Assembly (NCBI GenBank): GCA_026016225.1
Contig: CP061210.1
Location: forward strand, 2,000 to 65,999
Reading direction: 5' to 3'
From: Candidatus Nealsonbacteria bacterium
GTDB taxonomy: Bacteria; Patescibacteriota; Minisyncoccia; Minisyncoccales; JANBVM01
Length of the DNA: 64,000 nucleotides
The notes beneath the pieces were generated by a model. That model was not told where the DNA came from. It searched no databases and saw nothing but the letters and a program-made list of their open reading frames with translations. Shown here piece by piece: positions 60,087 to 64,000 of this stretch (its first letter is position 1; each line of letters opens with the position of its first letter). The position numbers and the translations under genes are program-made.

Positions 60087-60974
60087 TTAATAAGGTTGTT
60101 TAATAATTGGTTTTATTTCGCTAGTATCATAAATTTGACAATATTCTTTTCTAATTCCCTTACAGGTTGGATGGTAAAAACATTCTTCACAGTTAGGGAA
60201 TATAAACTGAGACTTCAGAATTTCAGGAGAAGTAAACAACTTATTTCCTATAGAGAGATTCACTCTCTCGGGATTAGCAGGAGGAGCAAGAGAATCTTTA
60301 AATTCTTCTCCTAATACACATAGTGGAATTTCATTTATTCTTATATTTAGACTAGGGTTTTCTTTTATTATTTCTCGAATGGTTGGCACGGCTTCCTTAT
60401 ATTGAGGAACAAATTCTTTATATCTATCCATGACGTTTCTTCCATCTATAAATCTATATTGAATTTTCACTACCCCTATACCCTTTAACAGTTTGACTAA
60501 TTCCTTCAAATAAGGAAGGTTCATCTTCATAACCACCGTGTTAATTGTCAAATCCTGTTTATTTCTTACTAAATTTTTAATCCCCTTCACTACTTGATAA
60601 AAACCATCTGACCTGCAATATGTTCTGTAAAGACCTGGGTTGGAAAAGTGTAAAGAAACAAGGAAAGATATGAATTGAAATTCCTTTAGCTTTTTAACCA
60701 GCGTTTCATAAGATAGCATCCTGCCGTTTGTCTGGATCTCTATTGCCTTAATTCCCTTTTGTTTGGCAAAAGCCAATAAATCAAAAAGGTGCTTTGAGAT
60801 TAGAGGTTCTCCCCCAGATATAATTAATTTTTTACATCCAACATTTGCGCTGTCAACTATCTGTCTTTTTAAATCCTCTACTGGAAACTCTTTATAATAA
60901 CGCTTTTCTTTGTTAAGACAAAAAATGCAGGAATTATTACAAGCATAACCAACTTTTATATCAAGCTCTTTCAT
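60087..60974 (-). CDS. radical SAM enzyme with C-terminal auxiliary Cys motif, paralogue 4
   Basis: Track ORF extends to 61055, which would overlap the upstream gene by 65 nt. Likely start is MKELDIKVGYACNNSCIFC. Has ISGGEPLI and CEECFYHPTCKG-x12-EIKP. Confidence 0.8.
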   Translation of the reverse strand: MKELDIKVGYACNNSCIFCLNKEKRYYKEFPVEDLKRQIVDSANVGCKKLIISGGEPLISKHLFDLLAFAKQKGIKAIEIQTNGRMLSYETLVKKLKEFQFISFLVSLHFSNPGLYRTYCRSDGFYQVVKGIKNLVRNKQDLTINTVVMKMNLPYLKELVKLLKGIGVVKIQYRFIDGRNVMDRYKEFVPQYKEAVPTIREIIKENPSLNIRINEIPLCVLGEEFKDSLAPPANPERVNLSIGNKLFTSPEILKSQFIFPNCEECFYHPTCKGIRKEYCQIYDTSEIKPIIKQPY

Positions 60975-60990
60975 ACATATAAAAAGTTCA

Positions 60991-61911
60991 TCAAAAAAGT
61001 GGCTTAAGGTCCCCCGAGCCAAACCTGTCAATATCATTAACAAAAAATCCATCACAGAAAGGAGAGGCCTTACAGTTCTCGCACATCTTAATCTTTTTCT
61101 TTAATCTATAAGAAGGCATGTCTTTTATTGAGGTTCTCTCGGATGAAGGCGGCTGACAGTATTTTCCTAAATTCGGAGGAAGACAGGTATTATTTATTGA
61201 TTTACTAATAAAACCAAAAACGCAATAAGGAATCTCGGTAAATAAAACCTTGTAATTCATTCTTGAAGCTTGGTGGTAGACTTTCCTTACGTAAGGAGTC
61301 AAGTCTTTAAAAGGAAGGTAATAAGAATAATCATTATCTGTAATACAGGGCACAGAAAAAGTCATGTTCCTTATATTCAATTTACTTTCCACCAAATCCA
61401 TTAAATCTAAAAGGTTATCTTTGTTCTGCTGGAGTATTAAAGAACTTATTTGGATTTTTATATCTGGTGCTTTCTTTAATACTCCTTTAATTCCCCTTAA
61501 GGTACGGGTAAAACTACCTGGTGTTTGAGTAACTGCGTCATGAATTTCTGAATTAGAGCCATACAGAGGTATCCTCAGTTTATCAATGCCCGACTTAACA
61601 AATTTCTCTAAAAACTGTTTGTCAGACAATCTTACTCCATTGGTTGCCATCTGAATAAATTCAAAACCACTTTTTTTGATATATTCTATCACTTGAATTA
61701 TCTCCTCGTATTCTAATGGATCACTACCTGAAATTATAATTTTTTTAATTCCTTGTTCCTTAAAATCTACTAAATTTCTATAACAATCAATAAGTTGATG
61801 TTTAATTTCAGACTCACTTTTTTTAAAGTGACCACCGCAAAAAACACAAGAATTACTACACCCAGGATTTAAAATTATGCCTCCGTATTCTTTTTTTCTC
61901 CCATTGATCAT
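60991..61911 (-). CDS. radical SAM enzyme with C-terminal auxiliary Cys motif, paralogue 3
   Basis: 306 aa. CSNSCVFC, ISGSDPLE and CENCKASPFCDG-x12-DLKP. Confidence 0.85.
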   Translation of the reverse strand: MINGRKKEYGGIILNPGCSNSCVFCGGHFKKSESEIKHQLIDCYRNLVDFKEQGIKKIIISGSDPLEYEEIIQVIEYIKKSGFEFIQMATNGVRLSDKQFLEKFVKSGIDKLRIPLYGSNSEIHDAVTQTPGSFTRTLRGIKGVLKKAPDIKIQISSLILQQNKDNLLDLMDLVESKLNIRNMTFSVPCITDNDYSYYLPFKDLTPYVRKVYHQASRMNYKVLFTEIPYCVFGFISKSINNTCLPPNLGKYCQPPSSERTSIKDMPSYRLKKKIKMCENCKASPFCDGFFVNDIDRFGSGDLKPLF

Positions 61912-61932
61912 ATTTTGCTTATAAATAAGATT

Positions 61933-62934
61933 TTAATAAGAAGATAAAATCTTCAATTGTTTAATGCTTAAATCTTTAACCGGTCTCAATTCTTTATCTC
62001 CGTAGCGTTGAAGGTATATTTTCCAGATACCCTCACATTTATCATATAATTTACAACCTTTACATTTCTTTGTTTTCATTCTTCCAATCACCCGCCGGTT
62101 CTCCTCAACGTCAGGACTGTAGAAATCAGGTGCAACATGCTCTGTACGAAAGGTTGCAACCTCCTGCAGTTCGCTAATCTGGTCTAAATAATCTTGGAAA
62201 TAACAAAGGGGAACATAACGAACATGCCAGTGTTGGAGATGAGCACGCTTCCCTATATCTAAACATTTATGGACATAGTCTGCTATCTCTGAAATTCGAG
62301 GCACCAATTCAGCAAAATAATCACAGGCTGCCCCTTCGTTGCAATCTACAAAAATAAATTCGCTATCATCAATTCCTAATCTTCTAATATATTCACCGAT
62401 TCGAGGAAGAAACCTATAGTTTTGTTTAACAATGGTGGTGTTAGAACCAATATGAATATTTAACCCTAATTTTTTAGAAATCTTTTGAACATTCTTTACG
62501 CCTTGTTTGAGCTGATTAAAACTTCCCGGGACCCGAGTTAGCCAATCATGTAGTTTCGGTGTATGGCCATGAATAGAAAAGACAAGACTATTTAAGCCGG
62601 CCTTGAGTATAGACTCTGCCAGGTCAGGATAGGAATACATTCTTCCATTGGAAGACATCATAATTGTAGAAAAACCCAAGTCTTTAGCAAATTTTATCAA
62701 TCTTACAATATCAGTCCTAATAGTCATTTCTCCGCCGATTAGCTCTAAGTAGTCCGACCCTCTTTTACGTGCGTCAGTCATCTCTTGTTGTACCTGCAAG
62801 GTTGTTCTAACAGGAAGGTTTCTTTTATTAGCTTCCATACAAAAGCGACAGCGATTATTGCAGCGATAGCCTGTAAAAATAACTGTTTTTTTAATCTTTT
62901 TCCAGGGCATATAAAAAGGTGGCAATTTTATCAA
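61933..62934 (-). CDS. radical SAM enzyme with C-terminal auxiliary Cys motif, paralogue 2
   Basis: 333 aa. CNNRCRFC, LIGGEMTI and CKGCKLYDKCEG-x12-ELRP. Confidence 0.85.
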   Translation of the reverse strand: MIKLPPFYMPWKKIKKTVIFTGYRCNNRCRFCMEANKRNLPVRTTLQVQQEMTDARKRGSDYLELIGGEMTIRTDIVRLIKFAKDLGFSTIMMSSNGRMYSYPDLAESILKAGLNSLVFSIHGHTPKLHDWLTRVPGSFNQLKQGVKNVQKISKKLGLNIHIGSNTTIVKQNYRFLPRIGEYIRRLGIDDSEFIFVDCNEGAACDYFAELVPRISEIADYVHKCLDIGKRAHLQHWHVRYVPLCYFQDYLDQISELQEVATFRTEHVAPDFYSPDVEENRRVIGRMKTKKCKGCKLYDKCEGIWKIYLQRYGDKELRPVKDLSIKQLKILSSY

Positions 62935-62964
62935 TTTCTACTTTAAGATAAAAAATGTTTTTGT

Positions 62965-63927
62965 CTATTTCACCGGTTTTAATTCTCCAAGACCAAATAC
63001 TTTAGCATAATTTTTCCAAACCCCATAACAGTAAGGATTATATTTACATTCCTTACACCTTTTGGACTTTACTTTCTTTTTCCTTCTGTTTTCATCTACA
63101 GAACATTCAAAATCAGGACCGCGAAGATAGGTATCAGATTGAAATATATCATTAATTGACTCCTCATAGTCGGGAAGTAAACAGGGAACCATATTATAAA
63201 CATAACAAGGAACCTTCTTTAATCCAATTCTTAGTGCTTCTCTAAAATAGGGAGCAACCACACTCATTTTGGCCACAATAGCTTCTGGATTTTTAAGCAC
63301 ATTCCCTTCGATAGTAGCATAAATAAGTCGAAATTCTTTAACGTCTAATTTGAGTAAAAATTTTATCAATTCTGGGAGATGGAGGTAGTTTAACTTTAAA
63401 ATAACTATGTTTATCTTAACTACTTGTTTTAACTCTTTTAAATTCTTTAAACCTTGAAGTGTCTGTTTGTAGGCTCCCCTAACACCCATTATTTTATCGT
63501 GAACACTCTCAAAAGGGGAATAAAAAGAAACCACAAAAATATTTACACCAGCCCGAATCAACTCCTCGCAGTAACCCTTATAATAAAACAATCTGCCATT
63601 TGACTGTATCTCAATATTGGGAATTCTTTTCTTGGCATACTTAACAAGCTTAATTAAATCTTTTCTCAGGGTCGGCTCACCGCCAGAAAAAGCAAACGTA
63701 TGCGCCTTAGCATGCACCGCTATATCAATGTCTTTTTTAATCTCTTTAAAGGGTTTTAAACCTCTATTTTCATCCATGTTACTCCTCTCAATCGCATTAG
63801 CTACCGAACACATAATACAATTACAATTACATCTAAAGATGCAAAGGCTTTCTACCTTGCCATAACTTCTTTGATCCAGGGGTCTGGTATCTTTATCTTT
63901 TTTTGACTTTTTAACAAATTTTGGCAT
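62965..63927 (-). CDS. radical SAM enzyme with C-terminal auxiliary Cys motif, paralogue 1
   Basis: 320 aa. CNCNCIMC, FSGGEPTL and CKECKYNPYCYG-x12-ELKP. Confidence 0.85.
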   Translation of the reverse strand: MPKFVKKSKKDKDTRPLDQRSYGKVESLCIFRCNCNCIMCSVANAIERSNMDENRGLKPFKEIKKDIDIAVHAKAHTFAFSGGEPTLRKDLIKLVKYAKKRIPNIEIQSNGRLFYYKGYCEELIRAGVNIFVVSFYSPFESVHDKIMGVRGAYKQTLQGLKNLKELKQVVKINIVILKLNYLHLPELIKFLLKLDVKEFRLIYATIEGNVLKNPEAIVAKMSVVAPYFREALRIGLKKVPCYVYNMVPCLLPDYEESINDIFQSDTYLRGPDFECSVDENRRKKKVKSKRCKECKYNPYCYGVWKNYAKVFGLGELKPVK

Positions 63928-64000
63928 TTATATAACTTAAATCTTTAAAGTTATCTTATAAACCTTAATTCTGTTTACATCAAAAAGATGCTCTTTTTCC

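Overview
AT-rich, tightly packed bacterial window. Gene content and style suggest a reduced-genome CPR/Patescibacteria (Parcubacteria-like) organism; this is inference only, as no search was run. Standard genetic code, with TGA used as a stop. About two thirds is housekeeping: rpoD-dnaG, groES-groEL behind a CIRCE operator, lemA-htpX, secG, RNase J, trpS, ychF, rpsF-ssb-rpsR, recA, ftsK, rpoC-rpoB, a SEDS protein and ligA. There is also a glycogen island (two glgA, GH57, a kinase-like gene) and a sugar-nucleotide block (cupin-type PGI, galU, a nucleotidyltransferase, PMM/PGM). Three tRNAs are present. One, tRNA-Asn, is split by a ~261-nt group I intron and abutted by a free-standing LAGLIDADG-like ORF. 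The most unusual region is one co-directional minus-strand block (49455-63927). It holds five tandem paralogous radical-SAM enzymes sharing a C-terminal Cys signature, a B12-type radical SAM, a GT2 glycosyltransferase and a 67-aa ORF. These are followed by an extended A24 (prepilin-peptidase-like) membrane protein, a 609-aa extremely Cys-rich pilin-like protein, a PKD-type surface protein and four minor-pilin-like genes. I propose this as a candidate undescribed radical-SAM maturation system linked to a pilus-like apparatus. The substrate is unknown. The window also carries several families of small structured repeats. These include a GCGAAGC-hairpin family with compensatory stem changes, a GAACC-punctuated hairpin array also inserted in frame in a conserved enzyme, and GC-rich palindromes embedded in CDSs. 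An accessory surface-protein island (20034-24439) is also present.
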